Positions 20,161 to 29,443 of a stretch of DNA of 64,000 nucleotides are shown here, piece after piece (the stretch's first letter is position 1; each line of letters begins with the position of its first letter). The notes below the pieces were generated by a model. That model was given only the letters and a program-made list of their open reading frames with translations. It was not told the DNA's origin and made no database searches. The position numbers were made by a program, and so were the translations under genes. Origin of the DNA: Actinomycetes bacterium (lineage in GTDB: Bacteria; Actinomycetota; Thermoleophilia; RBG-16-64-13); assembly GCA_024637035.1 (NCBI GenBank), contig JAGXFW010000026.1, forward strand, positions 181,600-245,599. The letters are read 5' to 3'.

Positions 20161-20326
20161 GACGATATCCTCCGGATAATGTGGTTCTAAGAGTAACCAC
20201 ATAGTACTCCGATCCTCCCGCCGTGTCGCTACCCGTCGGCTTCTCATCGACTCGGGACATCATGGACCGCACGATATGGGAGTGGTATCGGTCTTTGGTT
20301 GTACGTTGGCCCAGCCCACACAACGC

Positions 20327-20390
20327 GTTTGGGCAGTCGGCAAAAAGGGAAGTTTCGAACGTTTGGGCAGTCGGCAAGAAGGGAAACTTC
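20327..20390. repeat. Two tandem 30-nt direct repeats (28/30 identical) separated by 4 nt
   Basis: gtttgggcagtcggcaaaaagggaagtttc / gaac / gtttgggcagtcggcaagaagggaaacttc, in the divergent intergenic region between the phd-vapC operon and the lipoprotein gene, and followed by an AT-rich stretch. Confidence 0.6.
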
Positions 20391-20449
20391 ATAATTAATA
20401 GAAATGGCGCAATGGCGAATGCCTGCAGAGCCGCGAGAAGGGTGGACCG

Positions 20450-20656
20450 ATGAAGAGCAAGCGGCGTAGGGGAGTACTGGCATTCGTAGGGTCGATATGG
20501 ATCTTGGCCGTTGCATTGGCCGGTTGCGATGTCTCGAGCACGACTCCGAGTTCAGGCTCCATGATGGGAACGACTCCGGGTTCGGGCTCCATGATGGGAA
20601 CGACTCCGTCGGGTTCGAGCGGAATGATGTACGGCACCACCCTGCCGGAACAATGA
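20450..20656 (+). CDS. Small lipoprotein with Met-rich tandem peptide repeats
   Basis: Signal peptide with lipobox LAGC; mature part contains GSMMGTTPGSGSMMGTTPSGSSGMMYGTT repeats. Confidence 0.5.
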   Translation: MKSKRRRGVLAFVGSIWILAVALAGCDVSSTTPSSGSMMGTTPGSGSMMGTTPSGSSGMMYGTTLPEQ

Positions 20657-20747
20657 TGAGAGGCCCGCCTTCCGCCTCCTCGTATCGATCGGGGTCACCG
20701 GGAGGACATGCATACGTGAACACGCGATTCGGGGAGACATCGAGATA

Positions 20748-20891
20748 ATGAACGGTTGGAACAACATGATGAACGGATGGGACGGCGGTATGGGCGGAGC
20801 GTTCGCGTGGCTGTTCATGCTTCTCTTCGTGGTCGCCGTCATAGTCGGAGTCGTGCTCGTGGTCAGGGGTACCGGCCGCGGAGGGCGATAA
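20748..20891 (+). CDS. Unlisted 47-aa membrane micropeptide (MNGWNNMMNGWDGGMGG + one TM helix)
   Basis: Hand translation gives ATG at 20748 preceded by GGGGAGA: MNGWNNMMNGWDGGMGGAFAWLFMLLFVVAVIVGVVLVVRGTGRGGR*. It sits 90 nt downstream of the Met-rich lipoprotein and is too short for the ORF track. Confidence 0.35.
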   Translation: MNGWNNMMNGWDGGMGGAFAWLFMLLFVVAVIVGVVLVVRGTGRGGR

Positions 20892-21139
20892 CGAGCAAGG
20901 CAGGGTCTGCCGGCGGGAAGGCCAAGAAGGCCACTGCCGGCGCTCCCCTAGAGCGTGAGTAATCTCGCCGCGTCGGCCGACTTCTCACCACTCTGATCGA
21001 CGAAGAAGACGTCCACCGACAGCAATGCGCTGTTGAACTGCACGACCATCTACCCGGCGAGAAGCTGCCGGCCGGGTCTCCAAGGGCTGGGATTCGACAG
21101 GAACTTGTCGGGACTGCCTCGCTCGCCGGGCGGTACCTG

Positions 21140-21370
21140 CTATCGAATCCCTGGAGCATCTCCCTCTTCCACCAGCGCCGCCAGATTGCGTGCATTCCCG
21201 TCCGGCACCGCGTGCACGCTCGTGTGATGAAGCGCCGGTACCCCGATCGCGGCTACAACCGAGATGATTGCGACAACCACGAGTACATCCATGGCGCTAA
21301 AGCCCCCGTCATGGGCGCCCCTCACGAGGGAAGAGCCAGGGATCAGAGCGGCTAGGCGAGATAGCTGCAT
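21140..21370 (-). CDS. Possible prepilin-like small protein (type IV pilin-type N-terminus)
   Basis: MQLSRLAALIPGSSLVRGAHDGG|FSAMDVLVVVAIISVVAAIGVPA resembles the class-III signal G/F-x-x-x-E plus hydrophobic helix, but Glu+5 is replaced by Asp and the protein is very short. Confidence 0.2.
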   Translation of the reverse strand: MQLSRLAALIPGSSLVRGAHDGGFSAMDVLVVVAIISVVAAIGVPALHHTSVHAVPDGNARNLAALVEEGDAPGIR

Positions 21371-21746
21371 AGAATGCCCGGGTTCGAGTAGAGCGAACGT
21401 TCCGCTGCCTGTCCCCAGCTGAAGAGGACTCCGAGGAGATAGGCCGCGCGGAGCCCGGTGGCCGCGGAGATCGTGATTCCAACCCGGAGCTTGCTCAACA
21501 GGGTGCCCCAAAGCCGCTGAGTGACCACGTACCCATCGGGCTCTTGGATCGCGGGCTTGGGCCCCCGGGCCCTACGTCGATCTCGCCGCCAGACCACGGA
21601 GGCTGGGGAACGGAGGTACGTGCCGCCGCGGGCTGAGGCCGCAGGCCCGCGGCCCGCTCCTACCGAAGGCCCAAAGCCGATGCTAGTATTGCGGCACTCG
21701 GCCGCCGGCCGGCGGCGCTGGAAACTCGGAACACGGGGCTGTACTC

Positions 21747-24700
21747 ATGAGACCCACTTTGACCGCTGTCGAACGCGACCTCCGGGGGATCCTCCACGGC
21801 GACGTCGAGTTCGACGCCATCACCCGCCACCTCTATTCCACCGATGGGGGTGTCTACCAGATCGTCCCCATGGGAGTGGTGAGTCCTCGCGATGCCGAGG
21901 ACGTCGTCAAGATCGTCGAGTACTGCACCGAGCGCGGCATCCCGATCGTGCCTCGCGGCTCCGGCTCCGGGCTAGCCGGCGCAGCAGTCGGCTCAGGCCT
22001 CATGGTCGACTTCACCCGCTACATGAACCAAGTGCTCGAGACGGCTCCCGACGGCTCGTGGGCACGCGTGCAACCAGGGTTGGTGATGGGCGCCCTGAAC
22101 GCGCACGCCAAGAAGTACGGCACCTTCTTCGCTCCAAACCCCTCGAGCGAGAACTACTGCTCGCTGGGCGGGATGATCGCGAACAACTCGTCGGGAGGGC
22201 GAAGCGTCGCCTACGGCGGCACGAAGGACCACGTGTTGGCTCTCGACGTGGTGTTGTCCGGGGGCGAGCTCTTCCATGCCGGCTCGGTGGGACGAGACTC
22301 TGAGACGCTCGGCGCACTCATGGCGGCAGGGTCGCTCAGTGGGAGGGCCTTCGCCGACATCCTGCCCCTCCTCGACCGGAAGCGGGCCGCTATCGCCGCG
22401 GCGATGCCGCGGGTGATGAAGAACTGCTCCGGCTATCGAGTGGAGAACGTGCTCGAATGGGGCGCCTCCCCAACCGGATACGGCGGCTGGGACAGCTCGG
22501 TCGCCCTCGCGGCAGCCGACGATGCTTGGGCGCGCGCCGAATTACACAAACTCTTCGTAGGCTCCGAGGGCACGCTGGGTCTGGTGACCGAAGCCACTCT
22601 CAATCTCGTTCCCGTGCCGCAGCGCCGCGCCATCGGTATGGCCTACTTCCCCACCGTCTTCACGGCGGGGGAAGCGGTGCAGTCCATCCTGGGCCTCAAA
22701 CCCACTTCGCTTGAGATCATGGACGCGAGCTTCCTGCGCTTCGTGCGCGAGGCCAACTCGAAGATCGACGCGATGCTGCCAGCTCAGGTGGACACCGCCC
22801 TTCTTGTAGAGTTCGAGGCCGCGAATGACGACGAGCTGGACGAGAAGCTCTCCCAGCTGGAAGGCCTCCTAGCCGGCGGCGACGCGATCGAAGTGAAGCG
22901 CGCCCTCGACCCCGCCGACCAAGCGCAGCTGTGGTCGGTACGCCAGGGGGCGGTGCCCCTGCTCCAGCGTCTGCCCGGCGCGAAGAAGATCGTGGAGTTC
23001 ATCGAGGACGCCACCGTGCACCCCGACGTCCTGGCCCAGTACATGAGCCGCCTCTCGACCATCCTGCAGAGTCACGGCGTCCAAGCGATCATGTACGGGC
23101 ACGCCGGCGACGGCAATATCCACACCAGGCCGATACTCGACATGCGCGACCCCGGCGACCTCAACCTCATGCACCGCATCATGGAAGAGGTCATGGAAGT
23201 GGTCATCGACCTCAAGGCCACGCCCTCGGGGGAGCACGGCGACGGCCTCGTGCGCACCCCTTACGTGCGCCGCGTCTACGGCGACGAGGTCTACGGGGTC
23301 TTCGAGAAGATCAAGAACACCCTTGACCCGGGCGGCATCATGAACCCAGGGAAGAAGGTGGCGAATCCAGCGGAAGCCGGCGGCATCGCCACCAACCTGC
23401 GCTACGGACGGGGCTACTGGACGCACGAGCAATCCACCGAACTGCACTTCCCCTCGGATGAATACGCACGTGAGATCGAGAAGTGCCACGGGTGCGCCCA
23501 GTGTAAGAGCGTGGTGGCCACCACGATGTGCCCCACATACAAGGCCACCCGCCGCGAGCACGCCTCGCCCCGCGCCAAGGCCAACCTGCTGCGCAACGTG
23601 ATCAACGGCAGGCTCGACCCCCAAGCCACTCACACGCTGGCGGCCACCAAGGAGATCACCGACTACTGCATCGAGTGCGGCATGTGCGCCCTCGAGTGTC
23701 CCTCGCGGGTGAACATCCCCAAGCTTATGCTCGAGGCCAAGGCGAAGTACCGCACCGCCCACATGGGCGGGGTCACCGACCAAGTGCTGGGCCACGCGGA
23801 GCTGGTGTCGCGCGTGAGCCGCGCCACCTCGGCGGTGTTCAACCCGCTCGTGGGCAACCCGGTGGTGCGGCGTCTTACCGAGCGGGTGGCCGGCATCGAT
23901 CGCCGCCGCGATCTGCCCTCATACGCCCGGAGGAGCTGGGAGCAGGTCCTTGCTGCGCGCGAGAAGAACGGCGGCGCGGCGGCGGCGGGCGCAACGCCCA
24001 CGTCCGGCGAGAAGAGCGGTACCCAGGGCAAGCCGGTGGCCTTCTTCTACGACGTCTACGCCAACTACAACGATCCCGCGCTCGCCCAGACTATGGAGTC
24101 GCTCCTGCTAGCCCACGGCGTTCCGGTGACCTTCCCGGCGCAGAAGGGCAGCGCGGTGCCGGAGATGCTGTACGGCTACGTGCAACGTGCCAAGGCCACG
24201 GCCGGCTACAACGTGCGGAACTTCGCCCCTCACGTGCGCGAGGGCGAGTTGCTCGTGAGTGGGGAGCCCACGGCGAGCTTCGCCTTCAAAGTGCACTACC
24301 CCGACATCACTCCAAGCGAGGAGTGCTCGCTGGTGGCGAACGCCACGCGAGACTTGGGCGAGTTCCTGGTCTCCCGCCGAGCCGAGAGGCCTGAGTGGGC
24401 GCCGCAACCCGTGAACGAGATCCCCTTGACGGTCGCCTACCATCAGCCCTGCCATCTCAAGACCCAGCAGATCGGCAGCCCGTTCCTGTCGCTCCTGCGC
24501 GAGGTTCCGGGGCTCACCATGGTGGACCTGGACGCCGGATGCTGCGGCATGGCCGGTACGTTCGGCATGAAGGCCGGCACGTACGATTTGAGCATGGAGA
24601 CAGGCAGGCCACTGTTCGAGCGGGTCGCTGCTGTGACCCCCGACTTGGTGGCCTCCGAGTGCAGCACCTGTCGCATGCAGCTGGCCCAGGCAACGGGCAA

Positions 24701-24749
24701 GGACACGATCCACCCGGCGGAGCTGTTGGCTCGCGCCTACGGCATCTAG
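21747..24749 (+). CDS. FAD-linked oxidase fused to 4Fe-4S/CCG domains (YdiJ / D-2-hydroxyacid dehydrogenase-like, GlcD-GlcF fusion)
   Basis: N-terminal FAD-binding PCMH domain (VVPRGSGSGLAGAAVG), central CxxCxxC...CP ferredoxin motifs (CHGCAQCKS...CIECGMCALECP) and C-terminal Cys-rich CCG domains; 1000 aa. Confidence 0.85.
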   Translation: MRPTLTAVERDLRGILHGDVEFDAITRHLYSTDGGVYQIVPMGVVSPRDAEDVVKIVEYCTERGIPIVPRGSGSGLAGAAVGSGLMVDFTRYMNQVLETAPDGSWARVQPGLVMGALNAHAKKYGTFFAPNPSSENYCSLGGMIANNSSGGRSVAYGGTKDHVLALDVVLSGGELFHAGSVGRDSETLGALMAAGSLSGRAFADILPLLDRKRAAIAAAMPRVMKNCSGYRVENVLEWGASPTGYGGWDSSVALAAADDAWARAELHKLFVGSEGTLGLVTEATLNLVPVPQRRAIGMAYFPTVFTAGEAVQSILGLKPTSLEIMDASFLRFVREANSKIDAMLPAQVDTALLVEFEAANDDELDEKLSQLEGLLAGGDAIEVKRALDPADQAQLWSVRQGAVPLLQRLPGAKKIVEFIEDATVHPDVLAQYMSRLSTILQSHGVQAIMYGHAGDGNIHTRPILDMRDPGDLNLMHRIMEEVMEVVIDLKATPSGEHGDGLVRTPYVRRVYGDEVYGVFEKIKNTLDPGGIMNPGKKVANPAEAGGIATNLRYGRGYWTHEQSTELHFPSDEYAREIEKCHGCAQCKSVVATTMCPTYKATRREHASPRAKANLLRNVINGRLDPQATHTLAATKEITDYCIECGMCALECPSRVNIPKLMLEAKAKYRTAHMGGVTDQVLGHAELVSRVSRATSAVFNPLVGNPVVRRLTERVAGIDRRRDLPSYARRSWEQVLAAREKNGGAAAAGATPTSGEKSGTQGKPVAFFYDVYANYNDPALAQTMESLLLAHGVPVTFPAQKGSAVPEMLYGYVQRAKATAGYNVRNFAPHVREGELLVSGEPTASFAFKVHYPDITPSEECSLVANATRDLGEFLVSRRAERPEWAPQPVNEIPLTVAYHQPCHLKTQQIGSPFLSLLREVPGLTMVDLDAGCCGMAGTFGMKAGTYDLSMETGRPLFERVAAVTPDLVASECSTCRMQLAQATGKDTIHPAELLARAYGI

Positions 24750-24750
24750 G

Positions 24751-26017
24751 AGGAGCAGCGATGTACATCGACGTGCCCTGGGATACCGGCTCGGTGCCCT
24801 TGAAGCTGGCCCGAGAACGGCTTGGTGAGGTCATCGAATCACGCACACTCACCGTGCGCGACGAGGCGGTGCACCTGAACGCGATCCTCGCGGGCGGCGA
24901 CGGGCGCTCGTCGTTCGACGAGTTCCTCGATGCAGCCGAGGGCCGCATCCTGTTCCTGGTCAACGACGCCACCCGCCCGACCCCCAGCGGCCGCGTCATC
25001 GAGATCATCGCCGACCGGCTCCGCGGCCGAAACGTCGAGTTCATGGTCGCCACGGGGGCGCACAAGATACCCGGCGAGACCGAACTCGAGCAGATCTTCG
25101 GCCGCAACATGCGCGAGCGCTTCATCGACCGCATCTCGAGTCACGACGCGCGCGACGAGGCTTCGCTCGTGTACCTCGGCGAGACCTCGCGGGGCACCCC
25201 GGTGTGGGTGAACCGCCACCTAGCTGAGGCCACCGACGTCGTGCTCATCAACTCCGTCGAACCCCACTACTTCGCGGGCTACACCGGAGGCCGCAAGTCG
25301 ATCTTCCCAGGCGTGGCGGGCTTCGCCACCATCGAGGGCAACCACAAGTTGGCGCTGGACCCCGCGGCCGACAACCTGGCCCTCGAGGGCAACCCGGTGC
25401 ACGAAGACATGATGGAGATGATGGGCATGCTCTCCGAGAAGCGCATGTACTCCATCCAGATGGTGCTCGATCACCAACATCGGATCCACTACGCCTACGC
25501 GGGTGACCTCGAGGAGAGCTGGCGCACGGCGGTGGAACACGCCGACGGACACTACGTGGTCGAGTTGAGCACCCGCTACGACATCGTGGTGGCGGCGGCT
25601 CCCTATCCCATGGACTACGACCTCTACCAGTCGCAGAAGGCGCTCGAGAACGGCTCTCTTGCCCTGAAGGACGGGGGCATCCTCATCTTGGTCTCGAAGT
25701 GTCGCCACGGCATCGGCGAAGAGACCTTCTTCACTTTGATGGCCAAGGCCGCCACCCCAGACCAGGTGCTCGCCTCGATCTTGGGCGACTACGTACTCGG
25801 TTTCCACAAGGCCGGGCGCCTGGCTCTGATCGCCAAGCGAGGGGAGATGTGGGGTGTCACCAGTCTCCCCGACGAAGACCTCGACGCCGCCTTCATCCGG
25901 CCGTTCCCCAGCGTACAGCGCGCGGTCGACGCCGCCCTCGCGAGGAAGGGGCCCAATGCCAAGGTACTCTTCTTGATGGACGCCTCGATCACCGTGCCGC
26001 GGGTGAACGGAGGGTAG
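24751..26017 (+). CDS. LarA-family (lactate racemase-like, DUF2088) protein
   Basis: FLVNDATRPTP...MVATGAHKIPGE match the LarA N-terminal domain motifs; ATG at 24751 preceded by AGGAGG; start lies 2 nt after the upstream stop. Confidence 0.7.
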
Positions 26018-26198
26018 AACGGGGGCTGGCGCCGGCTCCCCTGTCGAGCTCGCACTTCAAGACCCCCTAAACTCGACTACCGGTACTGCCGCGAGCCCCA
26101 GCCAATTCACCCAAGTGCGCAGTCTCCCGGGATCGGGCCTGGGGCCGTCCCCGTGAGGCGATTTTGAGTGCGCAGCGGACCATCCGGACATCCCTTAG

Positions 26199-26339
26199 GT
26201 GAGTATCATCGGCCAGAGGAACGTGCTGGCCCACGAGTACGGATCGATCGACCAGACGCGCATCTGGGTGCTCGTAGCAGACCGCATCCCGGATATCATC
26301 ACCCGACTCGACGATGCGATGCCGGAACCTCCCAACTGA
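26199..26339 (+). pseudogene. C-terminal remnant of a HepT/DUF86 (nucleotidyltransferase-substrate-binding) toxin gene
   Basis: Translation ...IIGQRNVLAHEYGSIDQTRIWVLVADRIPDIITRLDDAMPEPPN* carries the DUF86 R-N-x-x-x-H-x-Y motif, but only about 46 aa remain and no MntA partner is present. Confidence 0.4.
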
Positions 26340-26371
26340 GCCAACGTCCCGCGGTACGGCTCCCCCTCGCC

Positions 26372-26641
26372 TCAGGTCCCGATCAAGTCGAACAGCCACC
26401 ACGAGGCGGCGAGCGGCACGATCATCAGGAACGCGGCCGCAACATAGCGGCGGCGCCACACGAACAGCGCGGCGAACACGAGGTAGAGAGAACCGAAGAA
26501 GGTTGCGCCGGGGTCCGCGACGCCTATGCTGAGCGGCCAGGTGTAGAGGAAGAGCGCGGCCTGGAAGGACAGCGCTAGAGCCGGGCCGACGTACGGCAAC
26601 TCACTGATCCACCCGACCGGCCGGAGCAGATCACCCTCCAT
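26372..26641 (-). CDS. Small hydrophobic membrane protein (3 predicted TM segments)
   Basis: 89-aa ORF with W/F/L-rich helices and GC3-biased codons; no recognisable family. Confidence 0.35.
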   Translation of the reverse strand: MEGDLLRPVGWISELPYVGPALALSFQAALFLYTWPLSIGVADPGATFFGSLYLVFAALFVWRRRYVAAAFLMIVPLAASWWLFDLIGT

Positions 26642-26911
26642 CGGGCTGTTCGCGTACCAGAGCGCCGGTTGCTGAGACTCCCGTCATCGATCGACCTCCG
26701 GACCATGGGTGACTGCCAGACACGGCAACCATGAAGTTCCGGAGACTGCGGGTCAAGGGGCCCGCTCGTCTCCCCGCCACCGACGACTTCTCAGCGCGGT
26801 CGGTTCCTGCTGCCACACGCACGAAACGGCTCCCGACGACGGATGTCGACGGGAGCCGGGGGGATCGCGGTCAGCGGGGGTGCCGCAGCCCGTGTCGGAT
26901 CTCGTTACAGG

Positions 26912-27445
26912 TTAGGCGGCGGGAGGAGCGACGATGCACGTGCCCAGGCTGCCGGCTGCGCCCCGACCCATACCTTGACCCTGGCCGCGGCCGCCGAACG
27001 TTCCGGCTTCCCCATCCGCGCCTTGGCTTCCGCGAGGGCCGACTGCAGGATCAACGACTCTCTCGGAGACGCGCTCGGTCATGCGCTCCATCATAGCGTC
27101 GGCTCGCTCCTGGGTCAGCGTACCCGCCTCGACTGCTTCGTCGATCGATCCCTGGCGCGCCTGCAGGATGGTGCCGATAAGCGTCTGAGTATCCACGCCT
27201 TTCTCTGTGGCGATCTCGGCCAGGCTTTGCCCGCCGTGACGAGCGGTCTCTAGATCGTCCACGGACATGCCGAGCAGTCCGGCCACCGCGGTGTGGATGA
27301 CTCCGACGCCGGGGTGCGGAGAACCGGCCCATGCAGCCTGAGGTGTAGATCCGTCGATGGACTCGGCGGCAAGCGCCGGTGAAGCGGCGGTGACCATCAG
27401 GGCCAGCGCGGCTACGAGGGTTGGTATGGTCCGCTTGAGTCTCAT
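26912..27445 (-). CDS. Secreted hypothetical protein (signal peptide, Gly-rich C-terminus)
   Basis: N-terminal signal MRLKRTIPTLVAALALMVTAASPALA|AE; the mature part is helical then Gly-rich. Confidence 0.45.
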   Translation of the reverse strand: MRLKRTIPTLVAALALMVTAASPALAAESIDGSTPQAAWAGSPHPGVGVIHTAVAGLLGMSVDDLETARHGGQSLAEIATEKGVDTQTLIGTILQARQGSIDEAVEAGTLTQERADAMMERMTERVSERVVDPAVGPRGSQGADGEAGTFGGRGQGQGMGRGAAGSLGTCIVAPPAA

Positions 27446-27654
27446 TCTCAGCTCCTTCGTTTATCCGCACCGGATGATACCGGAGCGGACTCTGAACGGG
27501 ATAGTGATACTCACGATAGCGGCGAGTCGTAAGCGAACTATGAAAGGATGGTGAGAATTCAACGTCGGACTGGAGGTTGGATATCAAGTTCGTCGGGCCA
27601 GATCCGATCGTTCCGTCTTTGGGCGTTTCGCCCCCTGGTGTGTAGGATGACGAG

Positions 27655-28452
27655 GTGACTGCTGAGATGCCAGCGTACGATTCGAGTAGCCCGACGAAAC
27701 GGGCGACGCTCACCACCGTGATCGCTCTATGGCTTCTCTGGGCCCTGTTGCTGTTCGGCGGTTTCGCGCTCGGCTCCGCGGCGGACGATCCCACCCACCG
27801 CATGCCCACTTGGACCCGCATGGCGTCGTCGCTGGCTTTGGTCGCCGCAGGGTGGGCGTGGTTCGCGCTATCGCGTTCGGGGGGCGGTCGGGGCGATCAG
27901 GGCAGCCCGCGCTTCCCACTGTTCTTGGCGCTCGGCATGACCGCCGGCCTCGCAGGAGACCTCATCCTGGCCGGGCTTCTCCCTGGAGGGGAGAACGTGC
28001 TCGCCGGGATCGCGGCCTTCGGCATCGGGCACGTGCTGTACATCGCCGCGATCCTCCACTGGGCGGGAGCCCACGGTCTCAACCGAGCCGGCCCGCGCTG
28101 GGCCTCGTTCGCGGCGTGGTGGGTGATCGGCGCGCTGGCCTGGTACCTGGTCGTATTCAGAGGGCAGGAGGCAACCGTGCTCCACTGGGCGGCGCTCCCC
28201 TACGCGCTTCTGCTGGCCGGCACCTGCGGCGCCGCCACCGGGGTGGCGGCGCAGACCCGCACCTTCGTACCGATGGCTGTGGGCGCAGCCCTGTTCCTGG
28301 CCAGCGACCTCATCCTGGCCGCGCAGCTCTTCAACGACCTCGACTTCGCACTGATCGGCGACGTGATCTGGCTCACGTATGGGCCGGGCCAGATGCTGAT
28401 CGTGTACACGAACGCGGTAACGCGAGAACCACGCCGCGGGGCCATCACCTGA
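27655..28452 (+). CDS. YhhN/lysoplasmalogenase-family membrane protein
   Basis: Eight hydrophobic segments with conserved GD...LA and FxxGHxxY-like motifs (GIGHVLYIAA) typical of the YhhN family. Confidence 0.5.
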   Translation: MTAEMPAYDSSSPTKRATLTTVIALWLLWALLLFGGFALGSAADDPTHRMPTWTRMASSLALVAAGWAWFALSRSGGGRGDQGSPRFPLFLALGMTAGLAGDLILAGLLPGGENVLAGIAAFGIGHVLYIAAILHWAGAHGLNRAGPRWASFAAWWVIGALAWYLVVFRGQEATVLHWAALPYALLLAGTCGAATGVAAQTRTFVPMAVGAALFLASDLILAAQLFNDLDFALIGDVIWLTYGPGQMLIVYTNAVTREPRRGAIT

Positions 28453-29443
28453 ACCGAGGCAGCACCTCATCGCCCAGTAGCTCGATAGCTCGGCGCGGGT
28501 CGGGGCCGAGCGGCCCGCCGAGCGACACGTGGGTCACGCCAGCCTCGAGCAGGCCTTCGATCTGCTCGACGACCTCACCGGACGTGCCCACCAGAGCCAG
28601 CCCGAGCATGCGGTCGGTGACTCGGGAAGCCGCGCCCCGATAGTCGCCGGCGACGATACACTCCCTGATCGGCGCCACGTCGGCAGGAGTCACACCGATC
28701 GTGTCCAGCGCCTCTTGCTCCAGGTAGGGGACGAAGTAAGCCACGATCTCCCGGATGGAATCGCGGGCGGCGTCCCCACTCTCGGAGATCGATACCCAGG
28801 CGCAGCCGGCGATCTCGAAGTCGGCCGGGTCGCGCCCGGCGCGACGGAGACCGTCGAAGATAGGCGCCAGCATCAGCGAAGCAGAGGCGGGCGGGGTCAC
28901 CATGGGAAGGCTGCCGTCGCACACCTCTCCGGTCATGCGAAGAAACTCAGAACCCCAACCCCCACCGTAGATCGGCAGGTCGCGGCGGCGTGGCTCGAAG
29001 CGTAGGTAGGCCTGCTCGGTCCAGGGGAAGGCATCGCCCCCGGCGACCACGCCGCCCTTTAGGAGGGCTCGCACCTTCTCCACCGCCTCCCGGGTACGGG
29101 CGATCATGTCTTCCGCGGGGATGCCCAGCCACCCGATCATCTCGTCGGTGTGCGGCCCGAGACCCAGGATGGCCCGCCCTCCGGAGAGCTCGTCGAGTGT
29201 GGCGAAGTATGACGCTATCTCCGAAGGTTCGGTGGTGTAGGGATTGGTGCCCACCGTCGCGACCTTGATCGTCGACGTGGCCGCCGCCACCGCCGAGCAG
29301 AAAGCCCAGCTGTTCTTGCGAAAGGTGTCATGGGGGAACCAGCAGGCGTCGAAGCCCTTTGCCTCAGCGAGTACGGCCCATTCGACCAGAGTGCGCGCCG
29401 GCGCCAAATGGTCCAGGAAGCGGATGCCGAAGGTGGAGCTCAT
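28445..29443 (-). CDS. LLM-class (luciferase-like) flavin/F420-dependent oxidoreductase
   Basis: TIM-barrel LLM motifs (FDACWFPHD...; GTNPYTTEP; GRAILGLGPH). It is the last gene of the long minus-strand cluster; the 4-nt overlap at 29440-29443 is with the upstream gene. Confidence 0.75.
   Translation of the reverse strand: MSSTFGIRFLDHLAPARTLVEWAVLAEAKGFDACWFPHDTFRKNSWAFCSAVAAATSTIKVATVGTNPYTTEPSEIASYFATLDELSGGRAILGLGPHTDEMIGWLGIPAEDMIARTREAVEKVRALLKGGVVAGGDAFPWTEQAYLRFEPRRRDLPIYGGGWGSEFLRMTGEVCDGSLPMVTPPASASLMLAPIFDGLRRAGRDPADFEIAGCAWVSISESGDAARDSIREIVAYFVPYLEQEALDTIGVTPADVAPIRECIVAGDYRGAASRVTDRMLGLALVGTSGEVVEQIEGLLEAGVTHVSLGGPLGPDPRRAIELLGDEVLPRFR

Noticed and set aside
20450-20656. Possibility that the GSMMGTTP repeats are a CRISPR array or mini-satellite
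   Set aside because: Repeats are 24 nt, in-frame, imperfect and without unique spacers; they encode a peptide repeat within a lipoprotein gene, so this is not a CRISPR array.
20244-20723. 159-aa minus-strand ORF across the repeat region and lipoprotein gene
   Set aside because: Antisense to the lipoprotein gene and spans the non-coding tandem repeats; no motifs.
22869-23795. 308-aa minus-strand ORF
   Set aside because: Antisense to the YdiJ-like dehydrogenase gene, whose FAD and Fe-S motifs are unambiguous on the plus strand.
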